A DNA stretch of 49,063 nt, counting the filler, from Dirinaria sp. TL-2023a (Eukaryota): NCBI GenBank assembly GCA_051941275.1. It is 2 parts of 2 records of this genome, joined end to end, with 100 filler letters (N's around TTAATTAATTAA, not from the genome) between each part and the next. Parts side by side here need not be neighbours in the genome. Positions count along the whole stretch, not along the records: positions 1 to 24,500 come from JAVEBF010000185.1; 1 more part is not named here. One strand, 5' to 3'. A program made the translations under genes and the position numbers. Under the pieces are notes generated by a model that did no database searches, had not been told where the DNA came from, and saw nothing but the letters and a program-made list of their open reading frames with translations. Positions 1 through 12,430 of the stretch are shown here, piece after piece (the first letter of the stretch is position 1; the number at the start of each line of letters is the position of its first letter).

Positions 1-729
1 GGGTTAGGGAGGGGGGTGGTGTCTTTCAAGAGCTGCTCCGCGAGCGAGATATGCTCGTCCGATGTGCCAGGCGGAGTATCGATGAGCAGGTAATCGATGG
101 GCGGCCAGAGCACGTCGGTCAGGAATTGTCGCACCATGGCCGTTTTCTTGGGGCCGCGCCATACCACGGCCGACGAGCGCGAGGAGAGGAGGAAGCCCAG
201 CGATACTAGGTGGAGAGAGCCGATCGCTGTGTCGGTCAGGTTTGACAGAGAATCTTTGGACTCTGGCGCGAGTACGGTTGCTGTTGTCCCGTTTGTGGCT
301 CTTGCTTCGCCATTGCTCAGGGAGCTGGCAATTGTGTTGGTGTTACTATTACTGCTATTGTTGGCCTCTTGAGGAGGAGATTGAGTTGGTAGAGGCCCTA
401 GTATTTGTGATGCGTGCACCTGCACAGGCAGCCAGCCGCCCTCGGCTTGAACGATTTTCGCATCCTCGAGACCGAAGAGGCGCGGTATCGATGGGCCAGT
501 CAGGTCGACGTCAAGGATCCCGACCGAGTGACCCGCGAGCGAGAGGGAGAGCGCAAGTTGGGTCGTTATGGAAGATTTGCCTACGCCGCCTTTGCCGGAG
601 AGAACCTGGTGGGAAGAAGGATGGTGAGTTTGGGCTTTGTTTACCGTGCTGCGGCGGCGCTGGCGGGGAATGGCGGGGTTGAAGAAGGCAACTTACGAGC
701 ACGATGTTGCGGACATTGTCGAGGGACAT
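1..729 (-). CDS. CFD1: Cytosolic Fe-S cluster assembly factor Cfd1 (Mrp/Nbp35 P-loop NTPase), 3' end runs off the window
   Basis: [17 protein letters not shown] intron, then [45 protein letters not shown]; later [43 protein letters not shown]. Lacks the N-terminal Cys cluster of Nbp35. Confidence 0.92.
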
Positions 730-1711
730 GTCCGCGTCGCAATGGTCTGGATGTTGTTCTTGAATACATCGTGATGGAGGTTCTGCAAGTTATCGCAAGT
801 CTTAGAGCTGGATTTCGAAGCAAACACTAACCGAGGCACGTCATACAAGTCACGTGAGAGCAGATGGATATCATTTATTGAGGTATTCTTGGGTAAGCTT
901 CTGTGTGTCTCAATCGTCGACTTTTCTGAAGTGAAGTTGAGTCCTAACTTAGGACCTATCTTTGCTTAATGTGTGGGCATAAAGCTGTTCATGGTCTCTG
1001 AAATTGGACAAGCCAACTCCTGAAACTGTGGGCGTCTGAATTATTCACTTGTGAGCATCAATGTTCTATCATACGGCCCAAATTGACATCTCATACATGT
1101 AGCCAGGCAAAGCTGCAGTGCAATACAGGATCTATCTAGTTAGACGCTCAAGATGAGATATAAGAGGCTTTATGGGCTGGGATAGATTAGCCCCTTTCCA
1201 TTTTGAAAGCATGCTTGTATAGACTTCTTGATCAAGACATAACGACCCGTATATGGTAGGAGAACGCACAGAAAGCAGCGAGCACTCATATCTGCTGATA
1301 CGGAAACGGAAGAAATGCGAATGTGACCTTGAATATGAAACGCACTGCATCGTGGATGAGATGATGCGAATGCGCGATTAACGACAGGTGCTTGTTCTTG
1401 GATGCCTCGTAGATATTGAGCAGAATGCCAATATATCGATCTCTTGCGCATCATTCCAAACGGTAGTTCAAGCGAGCATTGGATGCTGAGGCCCCATATT
1501 TGGAGGAAGAGGAAGCAGTGAGAAATCGACAGGTCTGAAGAATAATTAGCTTAGGGTTAGGGTAAATGTGATATTGTCCACCCAATTGGCCTGTCATGAT
1601 TAGCTACCGCTGATCCCATACACCGAGGCTTGAGTGAGGCTTGACACCTTCGATAAAGAACAGTAATGTAGAGTCCTCTATATTCCCCAAAACAATTATA
1701 AAGCAAGTATC

Positions 1712-2391
1712 ATGCTGGCTCCGAGGCTTGTTCAGCTATCCACGAGGCGGAGTATGTTGAGATGCTAAGACTCTGTCCAGAAGTCGCTGATGTGCTTTGC
1801 AGTCCTCGCCTTCCAACGCAGTCCCTTAGCTCTTCACAGGCTAGCAACGCCGGCGATTGCAACACACAAGCCTTTCATTTCTTCAAGGTACACTTGGTTT
1901 CGACTCCCATCCACTCTTCCACTGTCCGACCTCACTCAGCTGACAGATACAGACCCTCCGCGACCCAAACCATCAAAGACTCAACCGCCTATTCTATCCT
2001 CGAGCAGCAGCGCCGCAATCGTCCTGTGTCACCCCATCTGACGATCTACAAACCCCAAGTCTCGTGGTATCTTTCCGCACTGAACCGTATTACGGGCTCT
2101 GTCCTCAGCGGCGGTTTCTACGTTTTCGGCGTCGCATACCTCTGCGCCCCGCTATTCGGATGGCACCTAGATAGCGCAAGCATAGCGGCCGCGTTTGGAG
2201 CGTGGCCGGTCGCAGCAAAGGTGCTGCTGAAAACGGGCATCGCAATGCCTTTCACCTTCCATAGTTTCAACGGGATCAGGCATTTGATTTGGGATACGGG
2301 CGCGGCATTGACGAACAAGCAGGTTGTCAGGACAGGATGGACGGTCGTGGGCTTATCTGTTGTTAGCTCAGTGGCTTTGGCTATGATTTGA
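1712..2391 (+). CDS. SDH3: Succinate dehydrogenase cytochrome b560 subunit
   Basis: MLAPRLVQLSTRR presequence, two GT-AG introns (~1752-1802, ~1888-1952); QRRNRPVSPHLTIYKPQ, SALNRITG, FTFHSFNGIRHLIWD motifs. Confidence 0.93.
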
Positions 2392-4386
2392 TTGAATGCA
2401 AAAGATGAATTATTCCTTTGATTGATACATGGTGGGTATGTGTATGTTCCGGATGAGTGCCACAATCATGTGCGTGTGCTTCTTTCCCGTTCCGAGCCAT
2501 CTACCAACGCAAACTCCATTGCCCAAAATGTGAACCTTACGATGTATGTGTTTAGCTCTCCACCCACATTTCTTCCGTCCGGATTTCGCAAATGAGCTCA
2601 CGATTCAGTCATACGGACGAGACAGCCAGCAGAAGTGCCACTTCTGACCCAAACTGGCATGGTCGAATTCCGCTGCAGTGATGGTAAGTCGAGGCTTTTT
2701 CCAGGGTTACGTGTGACAGACTAAGGATCCTTACTACTAGGCACCGTCTGCACAGCGCTGCCTTGGCATGTCAAGTAATCTAAGAGGGACTCGGCGGTGG
2801 AGCGATGGGGTACGGGAGTGGGGATGGTGTTTCCCGTCGAGACATGGTGCTGATTGTTGATCACTACTTGAATGAGGTTTCTGGAGTAGATAAGATAGGT
2901 TGTAGATTCTGCTGGCTACTCCTCTGCTCGCTCTGGTACTTTATATCGGAATCCCCTGTGACTGTACAGACCTACATATCTCAAGACCACTAACTGGGAA
3001 ACCTTGCTGAGATAGGATTTGAAATCCAGGCAAGCTGTCTCTCGCAATCCGAGTGAGGTACATGTGGTACCGGGCCATGAATAGACCTTGGTCGTACTTG
3101 GTGCCCGAGGCGAAAGTCCATATTGATTGAAGAATGTCCAGATATCGTTCGATGTTCGACGTGATACGTATTGAGCTGTACGTTCGACTCCAATCATCAA
3201 ATTAGCTGCAACGGAAGCATCCCGAGAGAGGCAGAACGAATGCGACATTAATAGATATGCACACGTTGTTTGGGTCTTCAGGGGTTGATGCCCAACCGGA
3301 ACTTAGCCCGGGTACCCGCATCGGGGACGCGAGGGAGCTGTAAAGATCCTTGCTAGTCAATGTAGCTTAATGGGACCTGCTAGGAATCGGATGCAAGGAC
3401 TCGCATCGTAGATACTGCCAGGTGGTGCATCGTCTGAATAGGGAAGATCTCGAGAACCATGGACTATTGGAAAGGAAAACTTCAGGTCAAACGCTGCCAT
3501 GATGCAATAATAATACACCGGATTGAGCTAGAACTCTAAGGCAAGAAGACCCAATCCATGCTCCGATGGGTGACCCGCCAGACATTCCTTGAGGAAACCG
3601 GAAACCGGGTGATACAGAGCCCTGTGATACAATCCGACATGACACTGCACAGGTGAGCTGCAAACCCAACGAGGCACTGATTCTGCCACTGAGAAATATC
3701 CAGCAAACATCGACTGCCATGATGGCCATTTTATTTTGGGGCTTTTGTGACGAAGTAATAGAGCGTTTATGAACAAGCTTACTGGTGATTTTATGAGAAT
3801 CGTTGTCGCTTCTATTATTTATATCTTCATCTCACTTTTCAGAATGTAGCAGAAGCGTCGACTTCAATCACTCCACTTGCTGAAATTTATAACAAGATGG
3901 ACCGAGGACTCATACTTGTTTGCAGATTGTGCAAAGGAGCCAAAGGAGCCAAAGCTTCCTTATCCGAGGACATTCCAGGATTAAGTTAGCCGCGCGTCTT
4001 TTGTAGCCGCCTTGGCAACACTTTAGCGTTCCTGCACATCATCTCGTATGCTTTCATATGTCATCTACAATATCTCAACTCGCTTTCACCCATACTCTTT
4101 TAAGAGCTGTTGATGATGCAAAAGCTACGGACCCTTATTATTCCTCATGACGCATTTACATAAGCATCAGAGTTCATGAGTTTTATCTCCCAGGCAAGCC
4201 AAAACGATCTAGTCGGCCCCAGAGGCGGTGACTTCTTTGTCGCCAAAATTCGTTATTGAGTTAGCCGAAGCCTAAAACTCATTCCAAACATATATTTTCA
4301 TTTTCCACTGAGAGCTGGATCTGAACCGAAGGTAGAAAACAGCTTGGGGAGACCGAGCTAGGATTTAAGCGGACTGAGCTGTTACC

Positions 4387-5840
4387 ATGTCAGTCTGGAA
4401 TCCGGATAACATTAGAGATGTCGCTGAGTCTGTTGGTATCGGCACTCTCGGTGATGAAGTCCTGCAAACGCTCTGTTCAGATATCGAGTTTAGGCTGTCG
4501 CTCGTCCTGGAAGAGGCTCTCAAATTTATGCGCCACAGAAAAAGCGGTACACTTTCAACGCAAGATGTAACACAGGCCTTGAGGGTACTAGATGTAGAGC
4601 CGCTGTACGGTTACGAGTCCACGCGGCCGCTGAAATTTGGCGAAGCTTCCATAGGGCCAGGCCAGCCCCTCTACTATGTAGAAGACGAGGAGGTGGACTT
4701 TGAGAAATTCATTAACGCGCCACTGCCTAAGGTCCCAAGGGAGATCGCTTTCACTGGTAAGTAGATCATGATAGGCGCTCTAGTACATGACTCATAGCTT
4801 CTCAGCGCACTGGTTGGCAGTCGAAGGTGTGCAGCCCTCAATACCACAGAACCCTTCAACAGCCGATGCAAGGAACCAGGAGCTGGTACCGAAAGGGCCT
4901 GGCGCCAATCCGCATATGTCGGCCATCAACGGTGATAATGTGACCGTCAAGCCCCTCGTCAAGCATATCTTGTCAAAAGAGTTACTACTTTATTTCGAGA
5001 AGATCTGCGGTGCGCTCGTGGATGAATCTAGTGACGAGTATCGCCTGGCCGCGATAGCGAGCATTCGGACGGACCCCGGACTTCATCAGCTCGTCCCATA
5101 CTTCGTGCAATTTATAGCCGAAAAGGTCACGCATAATCTGAAGAATCTATTCATCCTTACGCAAATGATGCACCTTGCAATGGCGATGCTAGAGAATGAC
5201 AGCCTCTATGTAGATCCATACGTGAGTGCCAGTTCTGGAGTCTGTCATTGATCATGTGGGAATAACATCAGCGCAGATCGCATCTGTGATCCCTCCTATC
5301 CTGACCTGCTTGATTGGCAAGCGTCTGGGCCCAATATCGAATCCTGCAAACCCCGTTGATCCAACGTCATCTTACCCACTTCGTTCCTTGGCTGCATCTA
5401 TCCTTCGCTCAATCTGCAAAAAATACTCCAAAACATCTCATACGCTGAAACCGCGACTTGCACGAACGTGCCTTAAACATTTTCTTGACCCTACGAAACC
5501 TCTAGGCAGCAACTACGGCGGGATTGTTGGCTTGGCAGCGATCGGTGGACCTGAAGTCGTGCGGGCATTAATCGTGCCGAATTTAAGCGACTATGACCGC
5601 TTGATCCTTCGAGAGGCTATGGAAGATGAAAGTCGCAGGAAGGAGGCGGAAGTGATCACTGAGGCACTGGTCGAGGCACTTGGGTCGTTAGAAGCAGATG
5701 GTGTAGGGATGGCCAATGGACATGCCAATGGGGACGCGGAGCTGAATCAGAAGCTCAAAGAAAAAGTGGGCGATTTGGTCGGTACTAGACTACTGGATCT
5801 AGATCGACCAAGGTTAGTGAAGGCCATTCTGGAAGCGTAA
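4387..5840 (+). CDS. TAF6: TFIID/SAGA subunit Taf6
   Basis: [18 protein letters not shown] histone fold, [43 protein letters not shown]; two introns (~4757-4805, ~5222-5276). Confidence 0.95.
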
Positions 5841-6239
5841 GGCGACGGCGTTTTCGATGTGCATTGCAGGAGTTGAAGATACCCCTGAAAATACTATATA
5901 TTTCTTCATGCGTGTCATGTCTTCCATTCAGATTCCGGTGGCCAGCATCACATCTTGATTGAGGCTCAGTGTTGCTTTTCTACCACAGCATGAGTTGTTA
6001 CATCCCTTTCAGCTTCTATCTCACTCGAAGTGTCAGAATCCTAAGTAAAGTACTTTGAGGTAGGTAGATTCGTGTACCTTGAGACACCTTACTGTGCCCA
6101 CCGTACTCGTGCCGTATAGTATCAGGGTCATTTCAGGGTTAATTACACTATCCAGCTCAGGTACCTTAAGATATCTCTCGAGTATCTACCACTGTTTTAA
6201 AAAAATCATTCCAGTAAGGAGACCGTGGCAAAGTCCACC

Positions 6240-7958
6240 ATGTCTCCTTTGCGTATGAAGTCCAGCTCATTGCCCTCATTAACGAAAATAATACGGATAG
6301 AATTTGCGACTTCACGACCTCAAGGTATATCACTATGTCAGAAAAGTCGCATTTTTACTTCTCCAATTTCTACGAGCGCTCCCAAGCACCAAGGCCCGCA
6401 GACCAATGAAAACCCGCCGAAAGACAAGCAATCGTCCGTCGATGCTATATCAGACTCTTTACGGAGAACTAAGGCTGAAGAGAACAACTTGCTGTCTCCC
6501 GTGAACATTCCTAAAGACCCAGATGGAGTGCTTAACGAAAGCCATCCTGCGGCAGACCTGTTGTCGCACTCGTCCCTTATCGTCACACGGCAGCTCGAGA
6601 TGCTGAATATCATGGTGGGCTTCGAACAGGCCAATCGTTATACAATCATGGATCCACAAGGCAATCAGGTGGGATATATTGCGGAGCGGGATCATGGAAT
6701 GGGGAACGCTATGGCTCGACAGATGGCCGGCACGCATCGAAGCTTTACTGCACATGTGTTCGACAAGCACCAAAAGGAGGTCTTGCGTTTCCATCGGCCT
6801 TTCGCCTGGATATCCTCCAGAATCGGCATCTACGATCCCTTGGAGGTAGCTTCGAACTCGCATTCGACGTCAAAAGCTCTCCAGAAGCCACAAGCTGGAC
6901 CTGTCTCTACGGAAGTAGCCCAAGGCTCCGCAGATGTCTCGCCGCTAGAGGTCAAAGACATGCGCAGTATCGGTGAGGCTCAACAGCAATGGGCACCTCT
7001 CAGGCGGAAATACAACCTTTTCCTCTTTCGAAAGTTCCCAAGTCAGGAGACGCAAATGGGAACAAAGCAAATATCATCAGGTGATCTTCCATCATCCAGT
7101 TCGCTGGAACTCAAGGCCTCGCAAGAATCTACACATACGGAGACAACAAACGAAGGCTCTTTTAACCAATTCGCCTACGTAGACGAGCCAACCCTATCTT
7201 GGGACTTTTCTCTACTATCGTCAGATCAGCATCTTATCGGCTCCGTCAACCGCAACTGGTCTGGTTTCGGTCGGGAGCTCTTAACAGACACAGGGGTCTA
7301 CATGCTGCGTATGGACTCTGCAGGTCTCGCGGAGGAGCCAAAACACCTGATATCCCAGACCGGGCAAGCCGGCAAATCTGCACGCAACGACTCGCCTCGA
7401 GCCAGCGGCCTGACACTTGATCAGCGGGCAGTGATGCTCGCCACTGCCGTCAGCGTCGATTTTGATTACTTCAGCCGCATGAGCCGGTCCGGGGGTGGGA
7501 TGATGCCAATGTGGTTTCCATGGTGGGGAGGAGGTGCCGAAGCCGGCGGCGCCGGTGCAGGAGCGGAAGCAGGAGGAGCTGCTGGCGCGGGCGAAGCAGG
7601 TGTTGGGGAAGCGGCCGGTGGCGGAGCTGGTAGGGCTGCTTCAGGCATGGCCGAGGGAGGAGCGGTTGGTGCCGGGTCGGTGGCCGGTTATGAGGCCATG
7701 CAGAGAGGCGCTTACGGACAGAGCGGGGATGATGCGTCGCCGACCGCTGGACAATCGGATTATCCCGGGTACGGCGCTGGTCAGGCACCACCGCCATCAT
7801 CGGAGGGAGGAGCTCCCCAGGGCGAAGATGTTTGGGGCCAGAGCAGCGATCCTTGGGATGAATCAGGAGGGGGAGGTGCACAGAGCGGTGGTGAAGGTCA
7901 ATCAAGTGGGGAGGGCGGAAGCTGGTGGGATACCGTGAGCGACTTCCTTGAGGATTAG
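6240..7958 (+). CDS. AIM25: Phospholipid scramblase family protein (Aim25-like, mitochondrial)
   Basis: CCACCATG start; RQLEMLNIMVGFEQANRY, LRFHRPFAWI, QQWAPLRRKYNLF, LTLDQRAVMLATAVSVDFDYFSR; Gly-rich tail. Confidence 0.85.
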   Translation: MSPLRMKSSSLPSLTKIIRIEFATSRPQGISLCQKSRIFTSPISTSAPKHQGPQTNENPPKDKQSSVDAISDSLRRTKAEENNLLSPVNIPKDPDGVLNESHPAADLLSHSSLIVTRQLEMLNIMVGFEQANRYTIMDPQGNQVGYIAERDHGMGNAMARQMAGTHRSFTAHVFDKHQKEVLRFHRPFAWISSRIGIYDPLEVASNSHSTSKALQKPQAGPVSTEVAQGSADVSPLEVKDMRSIGEAQQQWAPLRRKYNLFLFRKFPSQETQMGTKQISSGDLPSSSSLELKASQESTHTETTNEGSFNQFAYVDEPTLSWDFSLLSSDQHLIGSVNRNWSGFGRELLTDTGVYMLRMDSAGLAEEPKHLISQTGQAGKSARNDSPRASGLTLDQRAVMLATAVSVDFDYFSRMSRSGGGMMPMWFPWWGGGAEAGGAGAGAEAGGAAGAGEAGVGEAAGGGAGRAASGMAEGGAVGAGSVAGYEAMQRGAYGQSGDDASPTAGQSDYPGYGAGQAPPPSSEGGAPQGEDVWGQSSDPWDESGGGGAQSGGEGQSSGEGGSWWDTVSDFLED

Positions 7959-9347
7959 ATCTATGATGACGGATTACGTATTTCGATTAGATTATACTAT
8001 CGTATATCTTCTTGTCGGACAAAATAAACCAACAAATATAGCAATAAATATTCACCAAGAGAGGGGTCCTCTTTTGGTGCAATGTGCAAGATATTTGCTG
8101 TCTGACACTTCTTTATAAGGAGAGATCCGCATTTGAAAAAATTTTGATACATTACGAACAAGAACATATTAACGAGATAGCAATGGAGTAAACTACCAAC
8201 GAAGAGTCATCCTCAATTCAATAACCCGTTAAAGCTGTTCGAAGTCATAGTCGAAGCACCATAAGAAGAATCGCAAATATGAACCAACACGCGACAAGAT
8301 CACTCAATATAAATCCTACATTTATACCACATTACATAATCCACGCCAGAAGGTTTGGGTACTGAGGCAAAGCAAACCGATGGAAAATTAAGGCATCCCC
8401 CTACAGTTTAGATACCTCGCACCAGCGAGCTCCGGGGAAAGCTAGTCGGAAATGTTCATGAGCCTGCTGTTTTTGATACCAATCTACGTTCACAGGAAAG
8501 ATGTTCCCTCTGGTGTCGCAGTCTACATATTGTGTGAAAGCTCTCAAAACTGATAGATACATGAATCGAAAATGCTGTACTTAAAAAAAGGGGTGCACAT
8601 TTCGACTTCGCGCACCCCTATTATCTAAGCTCGGCGTGGATACGTCATGTATAATTTGGCGAAGGGAGGGTTTTCAAGACCATATTGGTCTTCATTTGTA
8701 TGATAGGTATGGGAGAGAGGTGATATGGTTGTGCTATGGTATACTGTAGTAGGTATAATAGTTTAGGGACTTAACACTCTATACACCTGTCGATATAATG
8801 TTGTGGGCTTGAGATGAGATCGGTTTTACGGCGATTCGAGCTTGATGAATCAAATCTCCCCCTCCCCCTGATTCTCATTATAAAATTGTTGAACTGGCTT
8901 CGACCTCTGCTTTCTGTTCTTCCGAGATAAGAATCAATGAAGAGTAAGGATTGTTAGGAAAGAAGGAATAATGAGGAGAAGGACATTGAGCGCATAGGGT
9001 CTGCCGTCGCATTATTCTCATGAAAGGGGGGGTCTATAATTATTTTTCCTTCTTCTGGCCGTCTTATTGTCCTTTAGACTAACCTACTTTTTCTTCAGGA
9101 CTTATACAGTTGACTTCTGTATGCTTCCAATATTTTATTATTGATTTGCGTATAAACAGGTTCGTTTGAGCTTCATCAACCGAACGGCGCAGCAGTTGCA
9201 GCAAATGAGAAAGCCTGAAAGGCAGGGAAGAGGGCAATCTCTAAACACTGAGGTTGCCATTGGATTGATTATTAGACGCACGCTCCAGAAAGACTTACAA
9301 GATTTCATGAGAAGTGATTATAGATTCCCATGTGTTTGTCATAGCAT

Positions 9348-10571
9348 CTAGGCACCCTGATCTAGCTTGACCAGCGCATCGGGAGTATGGCAGACATTTA
9401 TGATCAGGCGCGAGTTCGATCCTGTACATCAAGACTGTAAGCATGCAGAATATAAATTTTGCTTATTTAAGACCGAGAACACAACCTACCAAGCAAATGC
9501 CGCGAGCCACACTTCCCACGTCTCACACACATCCCGGTCAAAGCAACGCCCACCTCCCAGGCCTTGTACCAGGAGAAGATGTCGCTCAGGCCTGTGGTTT
9601 GTATGCTCAGACTGCACCTTTGATCGGCTGCTTTCCTCTTAGCGCATGAATAGATTCAATGCACGTCATGTGAAGCTGGGAATTGGATAAACAGTCGAAG
9701 ACAAACTCACGGGACGTGACAACAAGAGGTAAGAGCACAGAGGAGCTGGACAGGATAGATCCGAATGTCGTTGGGGTCTTTGATACGGGCATTGCGTCCA
9801 GCATCTGCTGGCATGATTTTGAATACGCAGGAGATATGGGGCCGCCATTGCAGAGAACCGCGGTTGGTCGATAGATGGCCACCTCGGCGAAGACATGATT
9901 GTCGCCGCCTTGCCCACCACAGAGCCCAGAATTAGCAAACACACCCATACAGTCCTGTAGCGGCTGTACAGCATTTCCAACAGCGATTGTCCTTGAAGAA
10001 TCCAAACAATGAGTGGTACATTTCTGCGGCGAAGGAGTCTCTAGTACACATACCAATATCCGTTACTACGCCACCTTCGTGGTCTCGTCCCTCTACGCAA
10101 ACATGGATTAGATGCTCTAATGCATGTGCCAGCTGCTGCTGACTTGTGATACCGCTTTCGTAGCCAGCCAACACTTTCGGTTCGATGATGCAGAGTCCAT
10201 CACCTGAAGTAGCGCAGTTTAGTCTGCGACCACATCCAGAACAGATTTTGTCATTCTGTGTTAGCAAGATACTCACCGCTAATATATCTTCTGGGCAGAT
10301 TGATATCAAATTGCTTGGGAATACGTGAGTTGCCATAGCTTCGGAGACGCTTATCCTGAACATTAAGGCGTAACAAAGCATCAAGGCAAGACGAGACAGT
10401 AAGCCCGTAGCCGTAAGCGTTGCCGTTGCAGGCAGGTTGGGCCCCTAAGGTCAAGTTTCTCGGGTTGGAAGCTGGATTTATGTTTGGAAAGGATAATGCC
10501 GAAGTGCTCGACAAGGGAAAAGCTGGAACGACGGTGATCAAAGCAAGTATGAGAACAATAAGAACGGGCAT
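9348..10571 (-). CDS. Secreted cysteine-patterned protein with two tandem homologous domains, unknown function
   Basis: Signal peptide MPVLIVLILALITVVPA; five exons joined by GT-AG introns (donors near 10276, 10053, 9709, 9490) give an open frame ending ..GSNSRLIINVCHTPDALVKLDQGA*. Confidence 0.75.
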
Positions 10572-11451
10572 GATGGTGATTTTCTCATGACTTGATTAGT
10601 ATAATCGAGAATCTGTGTGTACTTAGGAGAACGGAAAAGGAGTCCATAAGGTAGGTGTCTTGCGTCACGCCGAGAACTCAAGCGGCTATGCGCATGGCAG
10701 AGTACGGTAGAAACCAATTGTACCGTTAGGAGGCGCGCTCGGCGTGCAATTGTAGAAGCGCACGGCCATGAAGCCTTGAAGCTACAGCGTTTGGATCGAA
10801 GGATTTACTATCCACATCATGCTCACCGTAGGAAAGAAAGCGAATGAGAGCCAAACGTTTTGATTTGGTGCAGCATGCGTCGTCTATATGAGTCCGTTTC
10901 TGGCAGTGTTACCGACCTGCTGATCTCGTATGAGATTATGTGAATCTCATTTGAGACTGTTTTCCTATCAAAAGGTGAATTCCTGTCAATGTCGATGAGA
11001 GATACTGCCGCAATGTTCTAGTGTCGGTTCGAGGGGTTGCGCCTGCTGCCAAGACATTTAATCAGATCGTTTGCAGATAGATTAAGATACGCGCTTTCCC
11101 TAAAAAAGGTACCTTTAGGTTCAAGTAGATGAGTCTTACCTTATTATTATGTGACCAACAAACGTTTTGTCTACCTCGGTCCTGCTTTCATCATATAGTA
11201 CTTTTGGGGAAAAGAGATGCAGGACGTTGAATGACCAATCTAAAGTATCTTACGTTTCATGCCTAAGCCAATTACCGATAAAAAGTACATACTGGGGGCT
11301 ACCTTAGTCACCAAAAAGAGCTTGTCATAAAGGATAATCTTGATTGACCCTGGAACCTTTTAAAGTAGTACCTTAACATCTCAACCCAGTATCATACCCA
11401 TCACCAACCTCCGCCCACAAGAACGTCCCTTCACCTGGCATCTAAAAAGCA

Positions 11452-12124
11452 ATGGCATCAACCCTAGCAGCGCGCCGCCTCTTCTCCGAATATAAGAATC
11501 TAACCTCCAACCCTCCGGATGGGATAACCGCGGGCCCCGTCTCCGAAGACGACATTTTCCTCTGGGAAGCCATGATCCAGGGGCCTGACGGCACACCCTA
11601 CGAAGGCGGGATTTTCCCGGCCGAATTGAAGTTCCCCAAGGACTACCCGCTGGCGCCGCCGACGATGAAGTTTCTGGGCGAGGTGTGGCATCCTAATGGT
11701 GCGTCTCCGTCCATGTTTCCTCCCCCTTCTTTTGCCTGGACACGGAGAAAAGGAGACGGAACGGCAATTTTGGGGAAGGAAGGGAGTAGTGGATAGATGG
11801 GTGCTTGGTATTCGATCAGTGGAAAAGGAGGGTGAGGATGAGCTGCTGACGATGAAGATGAGAACAGTCTACCCCACAGGCCTGGTCTGCATCTCCATTC
11901 TGCACGCCCCGGGCGATGATCCACATCACTACGAGCAGGCGTCCGAGCGGTGGAGCCCGATCCAGAGCGTTGAGAAGATTCTCATCAGTGTCATGAGCAT
12001 GCTGGCCGAGCCGAATGATGAGAGCCCAGCGAATGTGGAGGCGGCGAAGATGTGGAGAGAACAGCGGCCTGAGTTTGAGAAGAGGGTTAGGGACGCTGTG
12101 AGAAGGGATTTGGGGCTTGCTTAG
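11452..12124 (+). CDS. UBC7: Ubiquitin-conjugating enzyme E2 (Ubc7/UBE2G2)
   Basis: [13 protein letters not shown] / [39 protein letters not shown] with the acidic loop insertion; intron ~11699-11867. Confidence 0.93.
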
Positions 12125-12430
12125 GGGATCGAGGTCTGAGGGTCTATGAGCGGAGTGCTGGACGAGCGTTGGCGCTGGTACCTGGTTGCGGTTTGGCAGG
12201 GCGGCGCTCACGTCAGGAGCGATGGTGTTTGGCGCCATGGTCGATGTATTGGTATGGTATGAATGATTCTACTTAGTCTTTGTGTTTTTATTTCATGCGA
12301 AGCTTGTTCTGGCTCAAGCTCTCCTCCCTCTGCCGCTTTGAGCTCGTTGCTACTCAATTGCAATGTTGTTCTTGCCCTTACTTTCTTGCGTCTTATGTTC
12401 GACAGTTGTGGTAGATCCTCTCTCTACATA

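Noticed and set aside
1..9. GGGTTAGGG at the window start as a telomere
   Set aside because: Single unit lying inside the CFD1 reading frame on the minus strand
1551..1562. TTAGGGTTAGGG as an interstitial telomere
   Set aside because: Only two units; at most a promoter element, not supportable
2805..3776. Short ORFs between SDH3 and TAF6
   Set aside because: No recognisable motifs or consistent exon structure
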